NCBI GenBank assembly: GCA_036630325.1
Contig: CP142729.1
Coordinates: forward strand, 372,001-436,000
Source: Vairimorpha necatrix
Lineage: Eukaryota
Direction: 5' to 3'
Length of the DNA: 64,000 nucleotides
Below, one piece after another: positions 1 to 10,222 of the stretch. Made by a program: the position numbers and the translations under genes. Every line of letters begins with the position of its first letter. Within the stretch, counting starts at the first letter, position 1. Below the pieces are notes generated by a model. It saw only the letters and a program-made list of their open reading frames with translations, had not been told where the DNA came from and made no database searches.

Positions 1-853
1 AAACTTTGAATAACAGATCGTTTTGTGTGTTCAATGACTGCATGTATTAAATCAAGCGATTTGATTTGTACAACAATTGAAATACTTTGATGATTATTCT
101 GTATTCTTATTGTGTTATCATTGGATAGGAAAATTTGACTTAATTTATCAATTGATACTAAACATTATAATACTCCAATTTTTTTTTCACTTCTAATGCC
201 TAACGATAGTTTTCTTAAGAGCCTTGTTTATAATTCTTTTTTTAAGAATTTAGATATTTTGCATAATCTATACTTTATAAGAATATTTTAACCTTTTTCA
301 AATTTCTCATGTTTTTAAAATAGAAAAATTATTTTTTTAATTATGTACTAATTGTAGTAACAATTATATTCGTCTTTTTATTAATACAAGCCATATAAAT
401 AGCTTACTAGAGCAAAAATAGTATTAATAAACATTATTTGCTCTATTGTTTTATCTCGCGATAAATTTTTATTCAGTGATTCGCTTGTCTTAACCTTTGA
501 ATACTATTATATTATTAATTACTTAGTTAAAAATTAACTAGTAAATATAAAAAAATAAATTTAACTTGCCCGTATAAAATTCTTCAATTTTATCAACGAG
601 ACGATACATAGCCTTCTTATATTGCAATAAAATTATTTAGAACGGCCCATTAACTAGTTAACATGTAATAGATAACAATTTAATTGTTTTCTGCATTAAA
701 TGAATTTAATTAGTAACTATAGTATAATAATCGAAGGCATTTTCAAAATATGAATTCTATGTAAAAAATAATTAGAAGGTAATTTTGTCAAGACTTGTTA
801 ATAATTCTTTAGAATTAATGCTGAGTCGTTTTTTTGTCCGATATTAGATTTAA

Positions 854-1643
854 TTTTTTTTTTCTTGCAAGTAAGAGGTAGGGAGAAACCCTACATAGGG
901 ACCAGAGGGATTTGGGAGTGATCCTCATCCAACTGGTACTGTGAGATTCTTACTCACTAAAACTCCCTCCATACAGTTTGCCGGTGCAGCAAGCTCCGCC
1001 GTATCCATTGGACTTTGGCTCCAGGAGAACACTTTCCATTTATAACTCAAATCGCGTCCAGAGTGACCTCACAGCGGATATACTTAACGGGCATGGTTAT
1101 CTATAACCCGAGGAGAGACATCATCGTACTGACTCAAAGGTCCCTACAATCATCTGTATTGCACACACGGCTCCTTACACGACCACATCCCCAGCCCGGC
1201 GTTTTTATTGGGCTGCGTTGACCTTTAGTCTCTCACTAGTTTCGGCCACCGTGTTACAGAATCTTGTGGGATAGGGTCCACGAGACCTTCTATTGCCCTA
1301 CTTCGTCTAGTCTCTTAGTTAGCTCTAGAATCCTACTCTAGAGTCACCAGCCATGGGCTCCAACTAGGCCGTACCTATTAGATACTTTTATTTATTATTA
1401 AGTCACCAAAGGGCGATACTGCTTTTTGGCCTTGAGGTGCGTTTCTACACTAGATTCTAACCCCCTGTGGCTGGACACACACAAGTTTCATTGAATCAAC
1501 TTAATGATTATCGTAAACATTTTCATCATCTGAGTTGTTCCAACTGCATCATAGAAAGTAGAAACAATTTTGGTGCCCCTGGGAATCGAACTCAGCCATT
1601 GCTCAATGGAAGCATTGCATTCTACCACTGTGCTAAGGGCACC
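854..1643 (-). mobile_element. tRNA-derived SINE, copy 1 (~790 bp), poly(A) tail, 13-bp TSD
   Basis: GC-rich island. On the - strand it starts with a tRNA-like head at 1643 and ends in A10 (T run 854-863). Flanked by the direct repeat ATATTAGATTTAA (841-853 and 1644-1656). A colinear diverged copy lies at 38976-39744. Confidence 0.88.
1571..1643 (-). ncRNA. tRNA(Gly)-like head of the SINE (Pol III A box and B box)
   Basis: - strand reads GGTGCCCTTAGCACAGTGGTAGAATGCAATGCTTCCATTGAGCAATGGCTGAGTTCGATTCCCAGGGGCACCA. It has a 7-bp acceptor stem GGTGCCC/GGGCACC, A box TAGCACAGTGG and B box GAGTTCGATTCC. The anticodon arm is irregular. The Gly assignment rests only on resemblance (CAGTGGTAGAAT, CTTCCA). 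Confidence 0.75.
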
Positions 1644-2492
1644 ATATTAGATTTAAACACTACACGAAATTAATTCCAATTAAAAAAAACCTAAGAAAAC
1701 CTAAAAAGAAATAGAAATAACATCAACAAATTTACGTTAGCCGAGTTGGCAAAGTTATAGAGATATGATCTATTGTCAACTAAATTTTTCTACTTGTATA
1801 ATTTGAATACCAATAGCAATTAAGTAATGACAAAATGATTTTTTACTCCAATAAACATGATTAAGTTTTAAATTTCTATCTTGACGAATATATGAAGAAT
1901 TCATCGAGAAAATTATTTGTATTACAGATAGATACAGACCTTGAAAGATTACGGGATGCTACATATGAAGTGTGGCGTAAATTTGTAGATTCAAGATGGC
2001 TAGATATTGTGGCTTAGATTTAGCTACGGCATAAGAGGCTTTATAAATGTATTATTGATTTATACTTTTTATCAAACGTTTCTAAGTCATTAAGATAAGC
2101 TTGTTTTTTTATTTTTAAGACGTAAACTATTTATTAATTAATTATTGTGCAGTTTTGTCTTCTTTTTTTAGTTTCGGTGATTATTATTCTGAAGCGAAAG
2201 AATGTGTAAGAATTGGTTAATTAGGCAAAATTTTATTCAGAACATAATGATGTGCATATTTGTATAAGAATCTCCAGTTGTACTTTGATAAATTACCTTT
2301 TTATTGACATAAATAAGATCAATCGAATAATGGCGATCTTTTTTTTTGTAAACTTGCTATCATTATCGTACTATATTTATATTTTTTTCTTAGCATTAGG
2401 CATGGAATGCACTTTTCTATTTAATAGAATTAATGATAATTCTTTGATCTTTGTTTGTTCGGCGAACAAAAGAACTTATTTTTTCCCCATAT

Positions 2493-3410
2493 ATGTTTTT
2501 ACTCCTCTATTTTTTAATTTGTTCCGACAAGATTGATCAAACAGAAAAAGACAATTTAATCAAATTGACCAACGAATCATTGACAATAAATTCACAAAAA
2601 AGCAAATTTAATAAATCTTCAGATGAATGTTACCTTCCATTAAAGAAAAGAAAATTCTATGTAGTTGAACAGGAAACTAAAACGTTAACAGTAGACAATA
2701 CCTTCGATCATAAAGCAAGATGTTCAAATGTACAGACGTTTAACCAAGAAAATTATAATTTTAAGAAATGTAATGTCAGTAAACAAACTATCAACACTAA
2801 GAATTATACAGATTATAAAGAATTGTTAAAAAATTTAAAAGAGCAAATACAAAAGTGGGACGCAGAAGACGAAAAGACTGAAAGTAAGTTTAAAGTTTTA
2901 AATTGTGTCAATTCAAAAGAATACAACATTTATAAAGATGCAAACCGTGCAATTAATATGAGATTTTATCAGTTTTTTAAATCAATAAATATACATAATA
3001 ATAAAATTAGAAGATTTTTAGAATATGATTCTATATTTTATGGTAAAATCAATCCCTTGATCGAAAATATAGATTTTATCGAAGAAATCATAAAATACTT
3101 AGGAAGAATATTGCCAAAAAAAAAGAATTATATAAGTAATATTTACAGATTAATAGATTTTTATAGTGTGTTGCCAACAAGATTGGAAATTTTGAAAGAT
3201 GAGTTCAAGATTATCGAAAAATTTAAAATTTTTAAAATGAAATTTAATCGAAGCTTTCCTAAAATGAACGAAGAAATAAAAGATGTTAAAAAGTCGTTAA
3301 ATTCAATACACGAAAAATTAAAATATTTTTTTAGTGAACTAAATAAAGTAAAAGAAAATAGTAGAGCTATCACAGAAAATTTAGAAAAAATTCTATTAAC
3401 GAACTATTGA
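2493..3410 (+). CDS. Orphan predicted secreted protein, ~305 aa, family S300 member 1 (signal peptide + LPLKKRK motif)
   Basis: ORF 2451-3410 in the track starts at a non-ATG codon. The first ATG at 2493 follows CCCCATAT and gives a hydrophobic N-terminus MFLLLYFLICS. Colinear paralog of 42200-43111 (shared CxLPLKKRK, LLKNLKxQIQKWD, FIEEIxKYL, DFYSVLPxRL, ITENLEKIxLxNY). Confidence 0.85.
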   Translation: MFLLLYFLICSDKIDQTEKDNLIKLTNESLTINSQKSKFNKSSDECYLPLKKRKFYVVEQETKTLTVDNTFDHKARCSNVQTFNQENYNFKKCNVSKQTINTKNYTDYKELLKNLKEQIQKWDAEDEKTESKFKVLNCVNSKEYNIYKDANRAINMRFYQFFKSINIHNNKIRRFLEYDSIFYGKINPLIENIDFIEEIIKYLGRILPKKKNYISNIYRLIDFYSVLPTRLEILKDEFKIIEKFKIFKMKFNRSFPKMNEEIKDVKKSLNSIHEKLKYFFSELNKVKENSRAITENLEKILLTNY

Positions 3411-4337
3411 TATTCCATTTATTTAAGAGTATTAAGTTTTTGTGTGTTATTGTACTATATTGTGCCACAATATATTCTATTTGTTATACTAACATAAACT
3501 GTTTACCTATAATATTTTATCTTCGTTATTTTATCAACGAAAATTGAATTATATTGTTTTTTCACTTTACAAGTATGTTCTTTTTTAGCAAAAAATTATT
3601 TCTTGAACATATAATCAATAGGTGCAAAAATCAGTGATTTCTATATCAGCATTCTTGTTTTTTTGTATAAGAGTGGTTAAGCTGCTTTTATCTTTAAGAT
3701 AACAAAAAAAAACAACACTAAATAAATTTATGATTTAAATAACTGTAAAATATAAAACAAAATCAAAGAATAAAAAAATAAATTTAATATAAACGTAAAA
3801 AGTATGGCAATTTATAAAACAACTTTTAATTACATATTTGTTTAGTTTTATTTAAGCATCAGTTATGAAAGGGAGAATGTAAAAAAAGTTTATAAATTTA
3901 ATTAGTTATTAGATAAGTCTAATTATAATGGTCCAAACTCTTTCAGTATAGTTTTTTGACTATTGCTAATCATACTTTTTATACCTTTGTTTGTATTGAT
4001 GCCTGTATGCTCTCGAATAAACAGCTATCCGCCTTAAAACGCCTTTTCTTTGCTTGATTTCTTTCAAGGCGCTAAAAGCTCTGGTATTTTTCTTCTTTAC
4101 ATTATCAACTATCCGTAATCTCGTCTTGTATTCATAAAAAACTCAATGTATATTTCGATACAATAGATTTAATGTGTGCTTTAAAAAGAAAAAAACTTTT
4201 TTGTTATCTGATGTACATGTTGTGATGTTTTTCATTCTGAAAAAGCTGATAAACTTTTAAGAATTATTAATTAGTCTCAGAGAATTTGCGTGAAGCATAT
4301 TATTTTTCAATAACTTTTCAAATTTATTAATAATAAT

Positions 4338-4465
4338 TGTCGTAGTTACTTACGCCTAAACCGAGCATTTATAATGCTTGGATATTTCTTTATATTTTTA
4401 TAATATTTTACCCCATCTTATGGAAGGAGAAAAGAAACAAATGAAAATAAATAATATTAATAACA
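4338..4465 (+). repeat. 5' LTR of element A (128 bp)
   Basis: TG...CA, followed by TGGCG, homologous to 9118-9228. Confidence 0.85.
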
Positions 4466-7400
4466 TGGCGACAATGACCAATGGTATAATAAATTTCCAT
4501 GGTAACCCAGACGAAGATATAGTAGTATGGCTAAAAGATCTACTACTTATAACTAAATTAGCAGGTTTGGGAGAGGAAGATGTAATGCAAATGATACTGA
4601 TGAGCTGCGAAGAAAAGCCCTTTCTTGTTTTTTGAAATAATGGAAAGCCGGCAATGGAAAATAAGCGGCGATGAATTTACAACCCTTCTTAAGAAACGGT
4701 TTGTCAAGTATAATGACACGGAATTTACACTATCAAAATTCCTTACTTCTCCTATGCCCTCATCAAGAGAAGAATTTTCAGAATTACTTAAGACTGGAAC
4801 ATTTATTCTAAACAAAAATTTTATGAATGTAGGAGCATTAATGCAGGTACTCATTAGCAAGTGCCCAGATACAATTAAAGCCTCTCTTTTTGAAACAGCC
4901 GAAAAGACAAGAGACTGGCAACACTTCTGCCAAAGAGCAGAGCAACTATCATGGATAGCATATCCAGATAAATTACTAAACAGAGTTTTACCGCCTTTAA
5001 TAAAACTAACTATACAAACCCCGCTAAATATAAAAGCCCTCATAAACAAAAAAAGATTTTGTAAGATCCATGGGACGGGTAATCATGATACAGAATTTTG
5101 TTTTACTTTAAAAAACTAAAGAATATGGGTTGGATAGAACCATCAAATAAAAAAAAAATTAATGTAGTGAAAGAAGACGAAGAAGAAATTGACCAAGACA
5201 GTCCAATCTATGAAAATAAATCTGAAATTATTTATTCGGTGAATACGTTAAACAATACATCAAACAAATTCTTCATATATGCACAAATTGACAATACCAG
5301 AAGATTATGTCTCATAGATACTGGAGCCGATGGTCTCGATAATACATCAGGATATAGTTAGTCCTAATATGAAAGAATATATACATCAGAATACAATACG
5401 ATCGGCTTGTGGAACAGATATGAAATTAACGGCAAAGTTAAAAAATATCAAAATAGAAATCTTTGGATCCAAAATAAACTTCTCTCCTCTTATTACTGAA
5501 ACAGAACCAAGATACATCATAGTTGGGACAGATGTGATAACGCAGCACCCAGAAATTTTAATTAAAGTACTGACAAATAAAAAACTTGTGTCAAAAAAAA
5601 TTATAGAGAAGTTCCTAACTATTAATCGGGTCGAAGAAGAAGAACATCTAAAAAGCAAGGAAGATATTTTGAAAAGATATCCAGAACTATTTAAAGAAGA
5701 AATCAATACAGAACAGACTTGTCAAGAAGGTAGACATAATATAGATGTCGGAGAAAGTGGACCTATATACTGTAAATTATCACGAATCCCAATACACTAT
5801 GAAAAAGCAATTGACGATGAAATAAACAAAAATCTTAAATTGGGCATTATCACTCATAGTAAGAGTCCATGGAACAGCAGAATAGTACCAGAAACAAAAC
5901 CTGATGGCACTTTGCGTATGTGTATAGACTTCAGGCGATTAAACAAGATAACAAAAAAGACAAATCACACCAAGGATAGACGAAATTCTTGATAAACTCA
6001 ATAAGTCAAGTATATTTACATTACTAGACGCCACAACAGGATATTATAAACTAGAAGTCGACGAGAAGGATAGAAAAAAACTGCATTTTCATAGAAATCA
6101 GACCATTATGAGTTTGTAAGAATGCCATTCAGACTTTGCAACTCTTCGGCAACTTTCCAAAAACTAGGATAGAATATTGAGAGAATATTTGGGTTAATTT
6201 GTTATTGCGTATTTAGATGATGTCATTATTTATTCAGAGAACATTGCGGAACATAAAAAGCATGTGGAACTTGTATTAAATAAAATTAAAGAGGCCAAAA
6301 TCACACTTAACAAAAAAAATTTTAATTTTATAAGACTGAGCTAAAGATACTAGGAATAGTAATAGTTTAAGGAAAATAAAACCAGGCCCATAAAAAATAG
6401 AGCAATAAAAAAATATCCTATTCTAACTAATTCAAGGGAACTAAGATCTTTCTAGGGTTTTATTAATCATTGTAGAGAATTTATAAGAAAATATGCTGAA
6501 AAATCAAGACCCCTTTTTTAACTTTTTAAAGGGGAAAGTAAAAAAAAGCTGCAAGAGGATAGAACACGATGATGATACAATCTTAGACTTGGAATCATTA
6601 AAGAAAGAATTGACTGAAGAGACATGTATACAGCCAGATTTTTCCAAAGAATTTATTTTAATAACCGATGCATCTAATACAGGAATGGGAGCAATATTGG
6701 CTCAAGTAGACGCAAATGGCACAGAGAGGATGAGATCAGCATACAGTAAAAGCTTTGAAAAACATCAATTGAACTATTCCGTTAAAGATAAAGTTTTTCT
6801 GGCCGTTTTAAAAGAAATAAAAAACTACGGCACTATCTCGTAGGGAAAAATTATATACTAAAGACCGACCATCGTGCGCTAGTTTATTTGTAGGAATGTA
6901 AGGATTCGACTACAAGTTTACTTAGATGGGCTATGAAACTTCAAGAATATAAGTTTAAAGTCGAATACATAAAAGGTGAAGACAACGCAGCCGATGGATA
7001 CTCGAGAGTTTGTAGCGTACATAAAGCGCGCGAAGAGAATATGAATATAACTGAAATTGTCAAACAGAATATCCTGAGTGAGCATCATTTGACATTAGGA
7101 CTTGGTTCAGCAAACAACATGAAAGCAATAATAAAAGAAAGATATTAGTGGAAGGGAAAGTATAGTGATATAGATAGATATTACTTCAAGCATATAACAT
7201 GCTCAAAAGCGGATAACGGAAAAGTAAAAATTGAAAATAAAGTCATTGAAACGAAGAAAACTAATGAACTTTGGGAAGTAGATCTAATAGGAAAAATAAA
7301 TGACAATGGAAACCCCAATTTATAGTCATCTGTGCATACCACCATACTAAATGGATTGAGACGAAAATAATATACCAGAAAAATTCCCTTGAAATTATAA

Positions 7401-7933
7401 AAGCACTTGAAGAATTTATGAGTAAGTCCAATGAAAAGCCAGATAGAATATTATCAGATTGCGGACAAGAATTTTCAATTATAAAGGTGTCAGATTGGGC
7501 CCACAGGCTGGTATTAAATGGGACTTCTCGTCCCCATTCCATCATCAGACCACTGGAGCTGTTGAACGTGTGATCAAAACATTTATGAACAAGTTGAAAA
7601 AGTTCACACGTTTTGGAAAGAGACATTAGACAAAGCTTGTAGACGTTGCAACTTTAGTCGTAAATTTATCTCAAAACAGAGCTATTGGGCTTTACTGTCG
7701 TATATAAAAAGAGGAGATTGACAGAATTGAATATAGATAACCCCCTGAGTCAATCCAAAGTCTTAATTTCAATGATTTATCGGAAAAAAAATTTTAAGAG
7801 AATTTTAGAGAAATATAGGCAACATATCATAAAAGAAAAAAAACTAAAAGACGTTTATAAGAAAGGAGAGAATGAGATGGCAGTATTCAGACCGACTCAA
7901 AACAATTAAATTAAATTGGACGCTAGGATTTAG

Positions 7934-9005
7934 GGCTAAAATCAGCTTTAGTGTAAAAAAACTGGGGGGATCAAAATTTTTAAAAAATTGCCCCTTTTTT
8001 TTAAAAAACGAAGGGAAGAGAAAACTTCAGAAAAAAAAATAAAATATAATTAAGATATAAAAATGCATGAAAATTAACTTTAAAATAAATAAAATATATC
8101 AAAACATAATTTTAATAATGCTTTGAAGATGTCTTCGCTCTCATTTCTTTTAATCATATATAGAACTAAATATATTTCAGCAAATTCATAAGTCCTACAC
8201 CTATTAGATATAGAGGCTTTTAAAGACCCACAATTCCCTTCTATGGTGTTTGTATGCACACCTGTCTCCCTGTCTCTAAAAGTTTGACTGTGATTCACAG
8301 TCCTATGGTCCGCGTAATGGCTTTTTAACGTTATATAGGCCTTCCACACATCGGAATGAATGATAGATTTCAAATTTACATGCTTAAATAAGATCGGCAG
8401 CAATGTATCCTTGTTTTTTTTATTTATTATGACAAACATTATCTTCTTTTTTGTTGTTCTTTCTACCATCCCAAAACACCAAAATCCTTTAACTAATTTT
8501 CCCCTGTGGTATTTATTCTTACCTATTTTACTTTCGTCGATCTCCACTATGATATTTTCGCCTCCTATTTGTTTTGTTTTATTAATATATTTTTCATAAA
8601 TTTTTAATTTATTTAATTTCTCAAGTGTAGCACTTACATTTTGCATATTACAGTCCAAAATTTTAGAAATATGCGCTATTTTAAGTCCCATTGTCCATAG
8701 ATTTACAATTTTCAGCATAAGAATATGATCTATCTTAATATTTGAAAATAGAGTATTATTCCAAATTGAAAATCTTTGGCCGCATTTGGGAAATTTACAT
8801 CTCAAATAAAATGTTTCGTTAGATACTCTAGATGTATCCCAGCCACAAATTGAACATTTCTGTTTATATTTCTTTCTTAGCAGATGTTCATAAAAATCTT
8901 CAATTTCTTCTTTACTTAGCATTCCCTTCGTTTTTTAAAAAAAGGGGCAATTTTTTAAAAATTTTGACCCCCCCCATTTTTTTTACACTAAAGCTGATTT
9001 TAGCC
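7934..9005 (-). mobile_element. Merlin (IS1595/ISXO2-like) DNA transposon, 1072 bp, apparently intact
   Basis: ~84-bp TIRs starting GGCTAAAATCAGCTTTAGTGT (7934-8017 and 8922-9005). Perfect 8-bp TSD GGATTTAG (7926-7933 and 9006-9013). Confidence 0.95.
8080..8922 (-). CDS. Merlin/ISXO2-like DDE transposase, 280 aa
   Basis: N-terminal CSIC..CKFPKC zinc ribbon, IGGENIIVEIDESK, WCFGMVER, HSDVWKAY, VNHS, HTNTIEG. Confidence 0.93.
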   Translation of the reverse strand: MLSKEEIEDFYEHLLRKKYKQKCSICGWDTSRVSNETFYLRCKFPKCGQRFSIWNNTLFSNIKIDHILMLKIVNLWTMGLKIAHISKILDCNMQNVSATLEKLNKLKIYEKYINKTKQIGGENIIVEIDESKIGKNKYHRGKLVKGFWCFGMVERTTKKKIMFVIINKKNKDTLLPILFKHVNLKSIIHSDVWKAYITLKSHYADHRTVNHSQTFRDRETGVHTNTIEGNCGSLKASISNRCRTYEFAEIYLVLYMIKRNESEDIFKALLKLCFDIFYLF

Positions 9006-9117
9006 GGATTTAGAGTATTGCAGAGACTTTCGGAAGACGCATACTTGATCTTCAATGGAAAGTCAAAACTAAGAACCATTAAAGCTCATTTAAAGGCTGT
9101 TATTAGAGTTGAGGGGA

Positions 9118-9228
9118 TGTCGTAGTTATTTACGCTTAAACCGAACATTTATAATGCTTGAATTTTTCCTATAATATTTTAACTACATCTTATGGAACAA
9201 GGAAACCGAATAAAACATTTCAATAACA
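9118..9228 (+). repeat. 3' LTR of element A (111 bp)
   Basis: Follows the PPT, TG...CA, homologous to 4338-4465 with indels. Confidence 0.85.
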
Positions 9229-10222
9229 ATAAAAAATATTTTTTTTATACTATATACTACTAAAAAATAAGAATCTAGGGCATATTATTACATCTCAATT
9301 CTATATTTGCGGCAAGCAGGTCCAAAAACTTGAAAAGTTTTGACTTTACTTTTTCATTTGTTCGCAAGACCGAAAAAATACAATCAAACACATAAAATAT
9401 TACAAAATTTTGAGAAAAAAATTTCCCGAATTGCACCCTAAAAAAAATTCTTAAAATTTTTTAACGTAGTTCAAAGATGAAAATGACTAAAAAGCACTAA
9501 TTTGCAAATAAACATATATTTATGACACAATTTGATCTGTGGAATGCTAAAATTATGTATTATTGACTAAAAAATATTTTATCATAAATCACAGTGCCAA
9601 TATAAAAATCTCGTTAAAACATAGAAGTTATTAGAAAATATAATTCGAAATAAATAAAAAATACCGTATTATTATAAGTATGCCGGCATATTATATATCT
9701 ATAGCAATGTAAAATTTTAAACAAAATAAAACTAAAATATCTTTTATACTAAAATACTATTATATTAAAGCCTATTTATTATCTAGTTCATCTTTTTTAA
9801 ATTAGGTTAAGCATAATACTATTGAAGAAACTTAAAGAAAAAATAAATTAGGTGTGTAAACTTCTGTTAATATTATCTATCTTATAAAATATCAATTGCA
9901 AATGTTTATTGAGATTATGGCATTAAAATTTATTAAGTGATTTTTGAAGATGTGACATTCTCTTGATACTAGTCAAGGATTCGAATTGAAATGAAATAGT
10001 AAAAAAATTAATATCAGGAGTTTTAAGCCTTGAAATCAACGGATATGTGTGTTTGAGTTCGATTAATGTTGAGGTATGATACAATAAGACTAATTTATTA
10101 AAATTTTTACTTAATTTTTACATTATAAGAAAAACTAAAATAACATTTTAAAAGATAAGATCAAAGTGTGATATCTCAACTACAACAAGTAACAATAGAA
10201 TAATAAAGGAAATTTTTAATTG

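Larger units (their letters stand above)
4465..9117 (+). pseudogene. gag-pol pseudogene of element A (Gag, CHHC knuckle, protease, RT, RNase H, integrase)
   Basis: Fragments CKIHGTGNHDTEFC, LIDTGAD, SKSPWNS..LRMCIDFRRLN, YLDD (~6208), LITDASNTGMGAIL and integrase remnants (LSDCGQEF). Order PR-RT-RH-IN with many stops and frameshifts. Confidence 0.88.
4338..9228 (+). mobile_element. Ty3/gypsy LTR retrotransposon A, full length but decayed, interrupted by a Merlin element
   Basis: Diverged LTRs TGTCGTAGTTA...AATAACA at 4338-4465 and 9118-9228. PBS-like TGGCGACAATG at 4466, PPT GAGGGGA before 9118, imperfect TSD ATAAT/ATAAA. Confidence 0.9.

Noticed and set aside
887-896. 10-mer AAACCCTACA shared by the SINE 3' end and the element D LTR
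   Set aside because: Short, and not conserved in SINE copy 2 (AAACTTACA). Probably chance.
1571-1643. Functional tRNA gene
   Set aside because: Irregular anticodon arm, an extra base before the D arm and no T-run terminator. It is the head of a TSD-flanked, poly(A)-tailed repeat.
1015-1673. Short ORFs inside SINE copy 1 (and 39329-39562 in copy 2)
   Set aside because: Non-ATG starts, and frames not conserved between the two copies.
8080-8922. Bacterial IS1595 insertion or contamination
   Set aside because: Long TIRs, 8-bp TSD, several decayed relatives and insertion inside a gypsy element fit eukaryotic Merlin.
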